Below are positions 25,013 through 37,150 of a DNA stretch of 63,865 nt, one piece after another; position 1 is the first letter of the stretch; every line of letters starts with the position of its first letter. The notes under the pieces were generated by a model, which saw only the letters and a program-made list of their open reading frames with translations, did not search any database and was not told the DNA's origin. The position numbers were made by a program, and so were the translations under genes. This DNA comes from Podarcis vaucheri. Its lineage: Eukaryota. Location: assembly GCA_965113315.1 (NCBI GenBank), contig OZ220371.1; one strand, written 5' to 3'.

Positions 25013-28000
25013 TATACTGGACCGAGGCTATTTAGGACTTTACAGTTATATTACATGTACAGGAATATACTTGAGTCCACATGCTGGGAAGCACAAAATA
25101 TAGTTTGGAACTTCTCCACGTATATTTGATTCCAAGAGAAAAATATCACATTTTCTAGCAGCAACCACAGAGACAAATATATGCTTGGCTTCAAGTCAAT
25201 AGGATTTCAAAAATAATCGCTATGTTTGAGGTGTATGTCTGACATGCTTGGAAAATAAAACTAATGAACATTTCCTTGTTCATTAATAGTTAGATCCTTA
25301 TGGAACATGTCCTATACTACTTATTTTTTAAAAAAGAATTAGTAAAAAATGTTCATGGATCTTGTTGCTACATCGGCATGGCTCATGGCTTCTGTGGAAT
25401 ATACTGCCCCTAGTATAAATTAATAGAAGTTGTGCAGCAGTTGTGGTGGGTGGGTGGAGGCCCTCTTTTGGAATTAAGGTAATTTCTAAATGCAGAGTGC
25501 AAACCTCACACTATGGTAATCTATGTATGTGTTGCTTGTGCACTTTGCCTGCCTGCCTGGCCCAAGTCATCAATAATGAATAGATCTGTACAGCAGTACA
25601 AGGACCAAGTGTTGGGGCTTGTTGGGGATTTCAGAAAGGGGGGGCGGGGAAAACACAGGTTTGCCATTTGATAGTTTTTTCTGGCATGTAGAAAGCCACA
25701 AACTCACAATGAATTTTTGGCTTCAAAAAAATTAATAGGGGAGGATTTTTTTTGAAACCTTTAAGTATTCATTTATCAAGTAAAGCATGAAGCAGGAGGA
25801 GGGGATGAGAAGGAAAATCAACTCTGTAAAACATTTGTTTTGTTTTGCAATATAATATTTATAGAATTGGAAAGCTACTAGCTGATAAGGGGAACCAAGG
25901 AAATATGAATTCAAGAACACCTCACTTTCTTGTTAAGGGAAGAAATCTTGCCTCATTCGAGAAAAGATTATTATACTTTTTAGACAGACATAATGGAAGA
26001 TGAAAAAAGGAAAACCAAATTTACTTGTCCAGAAAAGCAACTGATTCATAGGTCATATAAATTAAACATTTGCTGAAATACAACTTAATAGATCCCCAAA
26101 ATTTCTAACAATTGCAAATAAGTTAAATGTTACCTAGCTGCTACTAACACAAACTGGTATGATGTTATCTCTAGCAATTTCCTCCTCTTTCTCCTAAGCA
26201 TATTTCCATAGATATCACAATTGTAGCATTGCAAGAGAGATCATCTCATGTTTTACAAACAGAATGCACCAGCTGGTACTTTACCAATCCATATCCCCTG
26301 GGAATAAGCAGAGTTCTGGATAACTAAATTTCTACTGCAAGCACTTGAGCCAATCCCAATGTAAACCCAACCTTTGTTGTGTTTTTGGCTGTGCAAGTAA
26401 ATTACATACTATATTTTCATAATGCTAAACATTAGTAGTCCCAGAACTACTGCACTAGGAGGATAACTACTATTATCAGGAGAGGGAGGGAGGGAGGAGA
26501 GAGAGTGACAAATTCTCAAAAGCTTTGCAAACTGACCCACCCACCATTTATTTTTTTAAACGGGAGCATTTACAAACAAACTTGAATAACAGGACAAATG
26601 CATTACTTTATATTATTATGCCTTTCTAGGTGAAAACATGAAGACAGAGGTAAATGCCTCTGCAACATTGCACCCCCCCCAAATATATATTCATCCTCTT
26701 AGTGTGGATCAGCTTCCAGAATTGGTCAAGAGTTGATGTTGTCCATTCTGCCCCAAGTGATCTGCCAGTTTGCCCATATAATTCATTTAGAGAAATAGAA
26801 ACAACTTGTGCAACTGGCTTGGAAAAAGTTTCCTGTGGTTGCTGTATGCTGAGTCTTCCTCCCCCTCCCCCCCTCTTTGTTATTTACCAAGAATTCATGG
26901 CATTGCAGCCATACATAGATTCCCTGTAAATTTCATCCGCTAATTTCTTTGAGAAGCTACACCTCACTAGTTCCTGTTCCTGCAATCCAATCCCATTTCT
27001 AGTCTCCCACCTGCCTTCAGCAAATTGCATCAGATTTATTAAAGTGCTCACAGTAGATTACAACTGCACAAATTCACCGTTGACTCGGAAGAAAGACAGA
27101 ACTCATTTCTGCAGCTCCAGTAAAGTAATATATACAGGAAATATGCAGAAGGTTTGTACTGGGAGATAGGAAAAGTTGATCTTAAAGTACTCTTTTTTTA
27201 TAATGGAACCAAACAAAACAGTGGGCTGGATCCAGATACATAGTATCCAAAAGCTGCTCATACTATGGTGGAATCTACACACATATAAAAACTGTTCTGA
27301 AAATGCTTTTTTAAAAAAATACATTGAATTTTCCATAAAGCTCACCATTGTAATCTAGTGTCACATTGTATATTGCACTTAAAACACATTTAAAACATTT
27401 TATTTGCAGCTGTATAGTTGAGTCCTATGAGACTTTTCTGCCTCTACCAAATGCCCCTTGATAAGCCCTCCTCAGGGGTGAGAGGCCTTTAGAAATGGCA
27501 TGGTACACAGTGCAAAATACTGCAGTGGAAGCAAGGCACATACAGAAAGGGGTGGGGCTTAAGTGAGAGTTGCCTTCCGCTTACACAAGCGACCTTCTTG
27601 ATCCAAGCCAGCCTCTCTGGATACATCAACACAAGAAAGGCATCATGGATAGCAGCTTTCCTTCAACCATTTTCCAGCTCAGAAACGGGTCATCACAAAG
27701 AGAAGGAGCAAAGCCAAGTTTCCTTTTACATGAGGATTAAAACAATTTAGCTTAAAGCAGAAACAAGACAGAATGAACACATGTGAAAGTGAAAGGATAG
27801 AAATAAAGATGGATTTATGCAGCCCTATATGGAAACAAGAAAATAATGTGAAGGTATTCGCATAAGGGCCACTACGATGTATGTATGTATGTATGTGTGC
27901 GCAGCACTGAGGTGGGATTTTGCCACATGGCCTTTCCTTCATCATGTGATTTTACCATTTCAAACCATTGCTGGAGCGGTGCAGAGTGCAGCTATAGGGA

Positions 28001-28067
28001 CGCAGCAACTACAACACTTGGATAATGCAGCTATCAGGACTTGAGATTTGTTGGTATGACACAAATT

Positions 28068-28210
28068 AAGAACATAAGAAGAAGAGCCTGCTGGATCAGG
28101 TCAATGGCCCATTTAGTTCAGTCTCCTTGCTCTCACAGCAGCCAACAAGATGCCTGTGGGAAGCCCCAAGCAGGATTTGAGCACAACAGTCGTTTCCAGC
28201 AACTGGTATC
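28068..28210 (-). mobile_element. Old CR1-type 3' end (reverse orientation)
   Basis: AAGAACATAAGAAGAAGAGCCTGCTGGATCAGG...GGCCCATTTAGTTCAG tail motif. Confidence 0.6.
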
Positions 28211-28258
28211 AGCTAATGTGTCTCATCTGAAACATTAGGCTTGGATTCAAAGTTGCTA

Positions 28259-28518
28259 CAGTCATACCTCATGTTACTTGTGCTTCATGATACGTTTTTT
28301 CAGGTTGCACCCCGCGGTGACCTGGAAGTACCGGAAAGGGCTACTTCCGGGTTTTGCCGCTCACACATGCGCAGATGCGCAAAATGACATCACGCGTATG
28401 TGCAGAACTGACGAATCGCAACCCATGCATGCACAGACACGCCGCTGTGGGTTGCTTTCTATTCATGTTGCAAACGGGCCTCCGGAACAGATCCCGTTCG
28501 CAACCAGAGGTACCACTG
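28259..28518. mobile_element. Tigger-type MITE (distinct interior)
   Basis: TA|CAGTCATACCTC ... GAGGTACCACTG|TA. Confidence 0.85.
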
Positions 28519-30397
28519 TATTTTGCTCACCCAAGGGCAGATCTCTGCACAACCCTGCACCATATCCCACCTCATTCCCAAGAATTATCCAGTCCTCAGA
28601 AGAAAATGTTCTGGAACACAGAGGGCTGAAGGGTAGACAGGAAAGTCCCTTCCCATGGACTGAACTCTGCCCTGCTCACTGAAGAGAAGTTAGGAGCAAA
28701 TCCATAATTTTGTATTTTAAAAACCATTCAAAAGCCAAAGAGCTCCCTAGGCCAGGGACACCTGGTTAAGAGGGGAATAAATCTGCCTTTCAAATGTTGA
28801 TGAATTTCAAGTTTGTAGAATTTATACATTACCAGTTGCCATTTCTACCAATGCCATGCAATAAGCCACAGGGCAAATCAAAAGGTGTTCAGTCATTTGT
28901 TAACATTTAGGCTGAGTTCAGATAGCACCTTATGTCACAATGGCTTTTATCGTGCACCCACACAGCATCAATGATAGCATCTTATTCCTCCCCCCCATCC
29001 CCCAGTATTTTCTTACCTAATAATTTCAGTGTTATATGTGATCTTTCAAAAGATGTAAAAGCCACTGATGGAGTCCTAGTAGAATCTAGCAGAAGATTAG
29101 CACTCACTTTTGTTTTAATTACTTTAAAAAAAAATGGTTTGCAACCCCACTGACTTCGAAAATCATGGAAGTTTTGCACTGCCATTTGATAAAATTTGGG
29201 GTGGTATTCTGATGAACAGTTCTTTCCTGACATTTTCATGGGTAACTTAAGTGGGGAACAGAAGCACACATGGACATAAAGGGTGCTGATATGTCCAATG
29301 ATGTCTGCTGTTGTGTCATGCCACACCCAGTGGTTTGAATGAAATTTAACACGACATGGATATATATTGATCAAAAAGCCACTGTTCCATAATGCAATAG
29401 GTAATGAAGTGTAAAAGGAGTGTTAGAACCTGGAACTGAATGTACATTTAGAAAAGAATCAGAAGAATACAGTGTGAGTGCCAGTATTGTAGATGTGTTG
29501 TTATGCATATGTGTGTGAATACACAACTCCTTATTATACTGTCAGAAGTATGTTGCACATACTACCCAGGTGTGTTTAGGATTGAAGCCAGATCCTTGTA
29601 GCCTTTTGTACAAGAGAGCTTTAAGCTTCCTATGGAATTTGAAATTAAAATTTTAAAATCAGACTTCTCTGATGTGGATTTTCTGAGGAAGCAACAATTT
29701 TATGACTTCTAGCATTTCCCCCTACCCTGAACATCAGCATTTTGTGCAAGTTGTGGGTCAGCTTTTAAAAGTTTATTTCAATTGTAAAAAGTGTTTTCTG
29801 TCAGCCCCAAGATCAACGAAATGAGCTGCTTGCCAGCAAACACTGCAAACTCTAGAAACTTGACAGATTCCTTTGCTAAGCATTTGACTATGTAAAATCA
29901 AAGGATACTTGCAATAAATACTTTAAAATTTGCTCTGTCTTTTAAGCCATAAAATGACACCATGGCAACTTGGAGGATAATGCAAACAGACAACTGAGTC
30001 AGCCAATAGTAATAGTAATGATAATAGTAACTTGAGCTGCCTGAATTCAGGGAGAAGAAAATTGCTTGGATGATCATTTAAGTTCAACACTAAGTGAAAT
30101 GCTTTTATATCATCTCTGATAATGGTAATATAAAAACCCTACTTTAAATATAATGGACTACAAAGTTACAATAAAGGGTTTGTTTGATTGAATGATTGTT
30201 CCATTTGGTTTCACATTTAGATTTCACTCTTTCATTAGAGATTGATGATCAATTCACATGATCAAAAGGCATGGTGAGAATGAAGGATGAGAGAATCCAA
30301 GAAAACTATGCAGTGGAGTGACTGCCAACTTCACATTGGCCTTACTCCCACAAAGCTGCTTGAATTCAAGATTTACTTGATAACAGTGTACTAGGAT

Positions 30398-31124
30398 TGG
30401 TGTTTCTCAACCTTTTACTGACCATGGCCCACTTCTGACCTTGTTTCCTTCCTGTGGCCTCCTTTCCTGCCAGTAGAAAGGTAGCTATTTAAATGTTTTG
30501 TTTGCAAATAGAACAAATTTTATTTATAATTTATATAATTTATACAAAATACAATTACATAAAAATTTATACTTTAAGTATTTCTCAATCAATGTGACCC
30601 TTTTGCTTGATGACCAGAAACAAGCTATTTTATATCCGGTTCTATTTCTATGAGGGATAACCGAAGCTCGCCTCTGTGCCCACTATGTTAAGGCAATTCC
30701 GCATTAGGCTGAGTAACTCTTGCATGCAGCAACATATCTCCTTTCACAGTAATACTTGCATGAGGAAACAGCACTCCACATACTGCTTTAGCCACACTCC
30801 TTCCTATGACAAACGAGATGTGGACAGCCTGGTGCTCACAGCGGTGGAGTGTGAAAGTGGAAGGGAGAAGGAAGCAGAAGAGATGTTACCGCAGAGTGCA
30901 TGTGGTGCTCCATCCAATGGGAAGCCCAAGTCACTCCTCTGTTCACTCTAGTTCTCCGTTTTCTATTTTCTGCACTTCTCTGTTTTCTGTGTCACTTCTC
31001 TGCTTTTTTCACTTCTCACTTCCCTCTGTGGTCCCCTAATCTCGTGTCGTGGCCCCCCATTTACGCAATTTTCATCTGTTGCCCCCCTTGGAATATCCTC
31101 GGGGGCCCCAGTTGGGAAACACAT
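30398..31124 (-). mobile_element. Internally deleted hAT Charlie/Buster element retaining the transposase C-terminus
   Basis: Degenerate TIRs (GTGTTTCTCAAC / GTTGGGAAACAC). The minus strand at about 30589-30790 gives frameshifted YYCER...RNCLN...ELRLSLIEIEPDIK*LVSGHQAKGSH*, typical of Buster/Charlie transposase ends. Confidence 0.75.
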
Positions 31125-31422
31125 ACTAGATGGGAGTGGGTATGTGTTTAGGTAATTACATGGTTGCTGTTAACATGTATTGAGTATATTCATTTTCTTC
31201 TCCCATCTGCTCACGTTTCACTTTTTAATCACTTCTTAATCTTTGCTCAAAATCTAAAATGAGCAAGATTTGATGGATCAAGCACCCATGCTTCCTTGGA
31301 GGATCTGCTACCATAGATGGACAAACATTGGGCTGGAGCAATGCTATGTCAGGCATATGTCCATGCCACTAAAATCAAATATTTAAGTTAGTCATGACTA
31401 ACTGATTATAGTATTGGGAAAT

Positions 31423-31580
31423 TCAGTAAGTAGAGTGCGTACTTTGCACACAAAAGATCCCAGGATCAATTCCTGGTGTCTCTGGGAAGGTCTCAAAAAG
31501 ACTCCTGTCTGAAACCCTTAAGAACTACTGCTAGTCAGTGTAGACAATGGACTGACCCAGTATAAAAAATCAGTTTCCTG
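31423..31580 (+). mobile_element. Degenerate tRNA-derived squamate SINE (Squam3-like)
   Basis: GTAGAGTGCGTACTTTGCA...CCCAGGATCAATTCCTGG...CTGAAACCCT...AGTCAGTGTAGACAA. Related decayed copies lie at about 130-285 and 36016-36118. Confidence 0.6.
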
Positions 31581-32166
31581 TGATCCTTTTGAGATTAAAG
31601 GATGACTGGCTCCAACTCACTGTTTCCCCATTTCTGCAAGTGTTGCAAAAACAGAAAACCTTGCCTTGTCTATGACGAAGGCATTCATCCTTCAGTGCAT
31701 AAGAGCAATAGCAATGCTGAATATTTAAGTTAGTTTTTCCCCTGTTTCTCACAGTCCATTATGCTGGATACTAAACATGGATTGATCTACTTATTTATCT
31801 TAGAATTATAAAGGATTAGGAAGAATAATATTCCCAAATACATTGTGATTTCCATGGAAGAGGAGTTCACTGGAATCCCTAAGCAAATAATTGCTAAGCA
31901 AATAAAACAGGGCACATCTTTATTAGCCACACTTCTAGCTGGTTGAGCACACAAAGGCAGCGCCATAAACTTTTACTTGCCCAGCTTAAATGCTGGATGG
32001 CAACTTCAGCAATCAGCCTGGCACAACTGTTGGGAAAATATGGGAAGAAGAGTGGTAAGCAGGGTGGGGAGAGCATCTGCATCAGGCCTCTGTGCCTGTG
32101 GGGGTGCAGAAGAATCCCATTCCAGTAGCTGGTCTAGTTTAGAGTGACCAAAGAGACCCTCTAAAG

Positions 32167-32302
32167 CAGTGTTCCCCAACCTTGGGCCTCCAGCTGTTTT
32201 TGGACTACAATTCCCATCATCCTTGACCACTAGTCTTGCTAGCGAGGGATGATGGGAGTTGTAGTCCAAAAACAGCTGGAGGCCCAAGGTTGGGGAACAC
32301 TG
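32167..32302. mobile_element. Young 136-bp palindromic hAT MITE (URR1-like)
   Basis: 56-bp inverted arms with one mismatch and a perfect 8-bp TSD CTCTAAAG (32159-32166, 32303-32310). Confidence 0.92.
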
Positions 32303-32310
32303 CTCTAAAG

Positions 32311-32445
32311 TAGGCTTGGGGAACCTTTGACCTTCCAGATGTTGTGAACTACAAGTCATTGTCCTTTGCTATTGGTCATGCTTGATGAGGCTGATGAGAG
32401 GTTTAGTTCAGCAACATCTTGAGGACCAAAGGTTCCCCACGGCTG
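32311..32445. mobile_element. Older degenerate palindromic hAT MITE of the same superfamily
   Basis: GGGGAACCTTTG...CCAGATGTTG...ACTACAA / CAACATCT...CAAAGGTTCCCCA. Confidence 0.75.
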
Positions 32446-33119
32446 CAGTAAGGATTAGTGTTGAATCCAAAATCTGTTCACCCCAAAGTTTGATTTCCTA
32501 CCTGAAGAAAAAGTGCCCATTCCAGGAGCAACATAAAACATATCCAAAGAATAAGGACTAAAAGATAGAATCACTTTGAGCACAGGGAAGATGAAAACAT
32601 TCCTGTGTCCCAAGAGAAAACTATTTGCAAGCCCCCAAACCAGCAATTAACTATAAACACATTATTTCCCCTCAGATATCAAAAGTAACATTCCTACACC
32701 ACCACCTATGTAAATTACTCAAGAATTCACTATAAACACTTCCAACCATCAACAATCATCTGGGGAAAGTGCAAGGGCAACACCACCTATGTCTATGAAG
32801 ATATATTATCAAAAGTGTTCAGGGTCAACTTCTTTATAATGTTGTGCTCTAGCTACCCCCCAGCACCTTGAAAACTCCAGCTCACTGCAGAAGGTTGCGT
32901 TTTCCAATACTCAGAAGCCTCCTTGAAGCCGAGAATCCTATTACCCACCACTTACTCTTTATCCATCAGATTTCCTATATAACCATTTTCCAAACTGGAT
33001 ATGGCATAGTGCGTACCCTGAGCAATGCTTTTTAGTGCACACTGTTTAAGACCTTTTCCAGCTGAAATAGTTTTGGAGACCAGCCCTGAGCTGAATTTAA
33101 AGGCAGCATTTAAGAAGAT

Positions 33120-34100
33120 GAACGATCAATAGTTCAGATAAATCTTAACTCATTCCTTTCATTCCCCAGTAAGCTGGTGGATATCCCCACAATGTGTTTC
33201 TTCACAGTTATATCCACATGACATTTTCATCAATGAAATCTGATAATTTAACATCTTTTTCGTAAAGAGATTTTTTTGGTTTTGATGTTTTTAAAAAGAA
33301 GAAGATTTCAACAGTCTATGGTCTGACAAACAACAAAATAGAGCTGATTTAACAAATGAGTGCCCAATCAATGATGCACTGAGGCACATGACAAAAGCAA
33401 GTCAAAATCCATTACAGTCAAGAACATCCTTTAAATTCCACTTCGGTGCACTGACCCTGTTGCTCAATGCTAAAGACTTTACAAGTTTTTCCCCGGAAAC
33501 ATTCAGAAGAGCTTTTGTTTTGGCATTCACTCAGCTGCACCTCACAATTAACACCGCCAGACTCATCTCTAATCAATTATTCATAGAGATTACTAGCATA
33601 TCTTTTGAGCACCTTAACTTCACATCAGAAGTGTGCGAGGGCTGACACATGCATGTGTACATTACAGAATAAAAGACAGACTCTAGGCAGGTTTTAACGC
33701 TAAATGAGAACAAGGCTAAAAGAAGTGAAATCAACATTTTCAGTCAAAGTTGAGCTTCAGGCAAGCTGCAGGCAGTGCACAGCGTGAGAGAATTTGGCTC
33801 CAGAAAAGTGCCCATGTGTTGACAGCTGAAGAAGCGAGTTTGAAGGCTTAATGGTAAAAAATGTTCCATCAATGATAATGTTACACATGACTCCTCTGAC
33901 TGGATTTGCTAGTCATCGCCACATTTCCTGGCAATCAATGACACACATGCATACATATACCCGCCCTCTCAAATCTTTATCATTACAAAGAAAAGAACTT
34001 CGCTTATTATTATGGTGAGCTTGGCTACTTCAGATTAAACTAGCAGAGAGGATATTCATACAAAAGTCTAGACAGCGACTGTGACAATATTTAGGAAATT
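33120..34100. promoter_or_regulatory. Candidate conserved enhancer block
   Basis: No recognisable repeat. Four co-oriented ATCAATGA, a POU4F-like site, TTGACAGCTG, and retained CpGs. Conservation was not tested. Confidence 0.5.
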
Positions 34101-34662
34101 TAGAATATTTAAGGATACAGAGAAATCACAGACATATGGAAACCTGCCTAGTCTGTAGGGCTTAGGGAATCACCAACATGGTGTTCATGGGTACAGAGGC
34201 ACACCTGAGATCTTCCCCTGATAGCCATGAAGCCTCAGAGCCCTCCCTCCACCACTCACTGCCCCCTAGTCATGAAGTAGTGAGGGTGGTTAACTCTTTT
34301 CCACTTGACAAGTACTTAGAGCTTAAGGTGGAAGAGTGCGAATCTTTCCCATGGCCTCTTTCACCCACATGCTTATTGAGGCTCAGATTGATTCTACTGA
34401 ATCCAGCTTGTACTCAGATCCCTTGAAAAAAATCAAGTGTGCGTGTGCTTTTGATCTTTCTGTCTCTTCTGTACGGCGTGGCTGATCTGCAGGAGTGGGG
34501 ACAGAAGTGACCAGAGGGGTGGTATTCACAGCATTTGTTCTAAAATCCAAATGTAGCTATGGGTTTATAAAAGTTGGTGAAGCCTGGTATAAAATGTCCT
34601 GGTTAATTGGAACTTTGTTCCAATCAGTATGAAACATATCAATCTGTATTACAATCTAATTA

Positions 34663-34795
34663 CAGGAATAAGGAGACTGTGGCTCTCAGATGCTGTTGAA
34701 CTTCAAATCCTATCATCCCTACTGACCACACTAGCTAGGGCTGGGGGAGTTGGGAGTCCAACAACATCTGGAGAACCATGGGTTCCTCATCTGTG
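34663..34795. mobile_element. Degenerate palindromic hAT MITE
   Basis: CAGATGCTGTTGAACT ... AGTCCAACAACATCTGGAG. The flanks share ATCTAAT. Confidence 0.7.
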
Positions 34796-36129
34796 ATCTA
34801 ATACATAGAGAATAAATCTAGGGCAGTGGAACTCAGAAGACAATGTGAGGAAATGGTATTGCTGGAAATGCTTTTAAAAAGCTACAGCGATATGGATGGG
34901 TTAGGAGTTTTCAAGAAGCAAGAGAGCCTGCACATTGATTTCCCCTTCTACCTGCTTCCACTACATATGAACTGCAGCATTCATACATCATACACACTGA
35001 AAAAATATATGAATGATCCCAACAAGGTTACAATATAATCTATGTGAGGTAGGAACAAAGATCAAGATGGCTGTGAACATCACAGAAGCTTCAATCAGCA
35101 CTTATGCTTCCTCATTATTTTGGTGGAACATGGCAACATATTAATATCTGGTAGTGTGTTAGCACTGTTGGGATTTTGTTCAACAGAGGCCTTGGATTGG
35201 AAGTTGCAGTTGACAGCACCAATATCTATCTATCTCCCTCTCACTCATGCTACTTTACATGTTTCACATCCTTTATATCTTTCAGAAAGAAGTTCAAGTA
35301 TTCTCGCAGGCAACTTCCCCTTCCTTTTCCAGTGATGCTGCTACTACATTTTGCCCCAGCAAAAGATTCTAACATTTTTAAGACAAAGGGAGGGAGAAGC
35401 ACCAGGCTGTCCCCTATGTAGGCAGTGGTGGCCCTTCCTTGAGACAAAATTAGTCACATGACTCAGACATAGGATTGGGACATGTGGCTGATTGCTGCCT
35501 TCCTCCTGCTGGTTGCAAGACTCCCAGCTGTGGCTGCCATCACTTGCAGCTCCATAACCCAGCCACCACCACCCTGCCTTCATAGTGCCTCATTCTAACA
35601 CAGGGTCCTTCCCTCAGAGCAAGGCATTGTGGGAGAGGTGGTCCTGAAGGAGGTATGTGCTACTGTTGCTTTGCCACAGTGCAAATACTGTTAAACTTTT
35701 AAAATAGTGTTTGCCACCACAGCAGGGCAGTCAGCAGCAATCCTACAGGGCTTTCCAAGGGCATCTACCCCCCAGTAGGGGCCTTCCTGAGACTGAGGCA
35801 CTGTAGATGAGATCAGGGCCCCAGAGAGCCTGAAGCAGCACCTGTGCTGCTGTCACTACATCACCTAAAAAACCTGAAGCAGAAGCAGCTGGTCAGCTAT
35901 TGCACCACTGGGATGGAGAGGAAGAAGCAGAAGGCAGCTTTTGCTGGTCTGCCCTCAAGTAGCAGAGATCTAAATGCTATGCATTTTCTCCTCTCTCTTG
36001 AAACAGAAGTTTCATAGTTCATTGGCAGAGGACATGCTTTACATGCAGATGGTCCCAGGTTCCCTCCCTGGAAAGATTTCTGCCTAAGTCACTGCAGATC
36101 TAGTATCTCTAATGTTCTTATACAGAAAT

Positions 36130-36395
36130 CATTGCCATAAGAAAGTGTAGCAGTTTCAAAAATTAAAATCAGCTTTATGGAAGATAAGACTATTAAAACC
36201 ATGATGACTAAATAGAGACTCCAGGTTCAGAGGCAGCACATACCTGAAAAAAACATGCTAGGAACAAACAAGGGAGGACTACTGAAAACCCTGCTTGTGT
36301 GTTTTCTGGAGATATCTGACCAGCACTATTGGAAAAAGGGTGCTGGGCTACATAGATATTTGGTCTGCTCCAACAAGGTTCTTCTCATATTCATG
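36130..36395 (+). mobile_element. Old CR1-type 3' end
   Basis: TTTATGGAAGATAAGACTATT...GGTTCAGAGGCAG...GGTCTGCTCCAACAAGGTTCTTCTCATATTC. A related reverse-strand piece lies at 28068-28210. Confidence 0.55.
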
Positions 36396-36540
36396 CAATA
36401 ATTATGTGAATACTAGCAACTCAGGTACAGTATTTTCCCCTTAAATATAGGAGAAGATATTTACACCTCAATCGTAGCATAAGCAACAGAGACTTTGAGC
36501 TGTTTACACTTGTTAGCTTCCATCAGATTTACTCCATGTA

Positions 36541-36782
36541 CAGTGGTACCTCGGCTTACATACACTTCAGGTTACATATGCTTCAGGTTACAGACTCCGC
36601 TAACCCAGAAATAGTACCTCGGGTTAAGAACTTTGCTTCAGGATGAGAACAGAAATCGTGCTCCGGCGATGCGGCGGCAGCAGGAAGCCCCATTAGCTAA
36701 AGTGGTGCTTCAGGTTAAGAACAGTTTCAGGTTAAGAACGGACCTGCAGAACGAATTAAGTACTTAACCCGAGGTACCACTG
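36541..36782 (+). mobile_element. Tigger-type MITE, family A copy 2
   Basis: Same TIRs, TA TSD and interior as 17138-17363, plus one extra GCTTCAGGTTACA-type repeat unit. Confidence 0.92.
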
Positions 36783-37113
36783 TAATGCCTTCCTTCTGTG
36801 AACAGCCAACCTCAGTATAAACTGGCTGCCACTACATGTAGTATGTAATAGCAGTCATTTCTATACTTATGACAGCTGGGGGAGAAACCAAAATCACCAC
36901 CACATAAACTGCCTTGGTGGTCTATACATCACTGAATCTCTGGTTCATTCAAGTTTCTACATGCACAGGCAAAGAACATATGCATGTGGTAACATGCATG
37001 AACCAGAATTTTAGAAAAACTGAAGCTCTAGCTGTTGAATGCCATGGCCAGCCTACTTTGAAGTTTCATGAAAAGTGAAAATGCTTTGGTTTGATTTTGT
37101 CTCTACCTAAAAC

Positions 37114-37116
<3 letters not shown>

Positions 37117-37148
<32 letters not shown>
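37117..37148. repeat. (AG)n microsatellite
   Basis: About 16 direct AG units. Confidence 0.95.
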
Positions 37149-37150
<2 letters not shown>

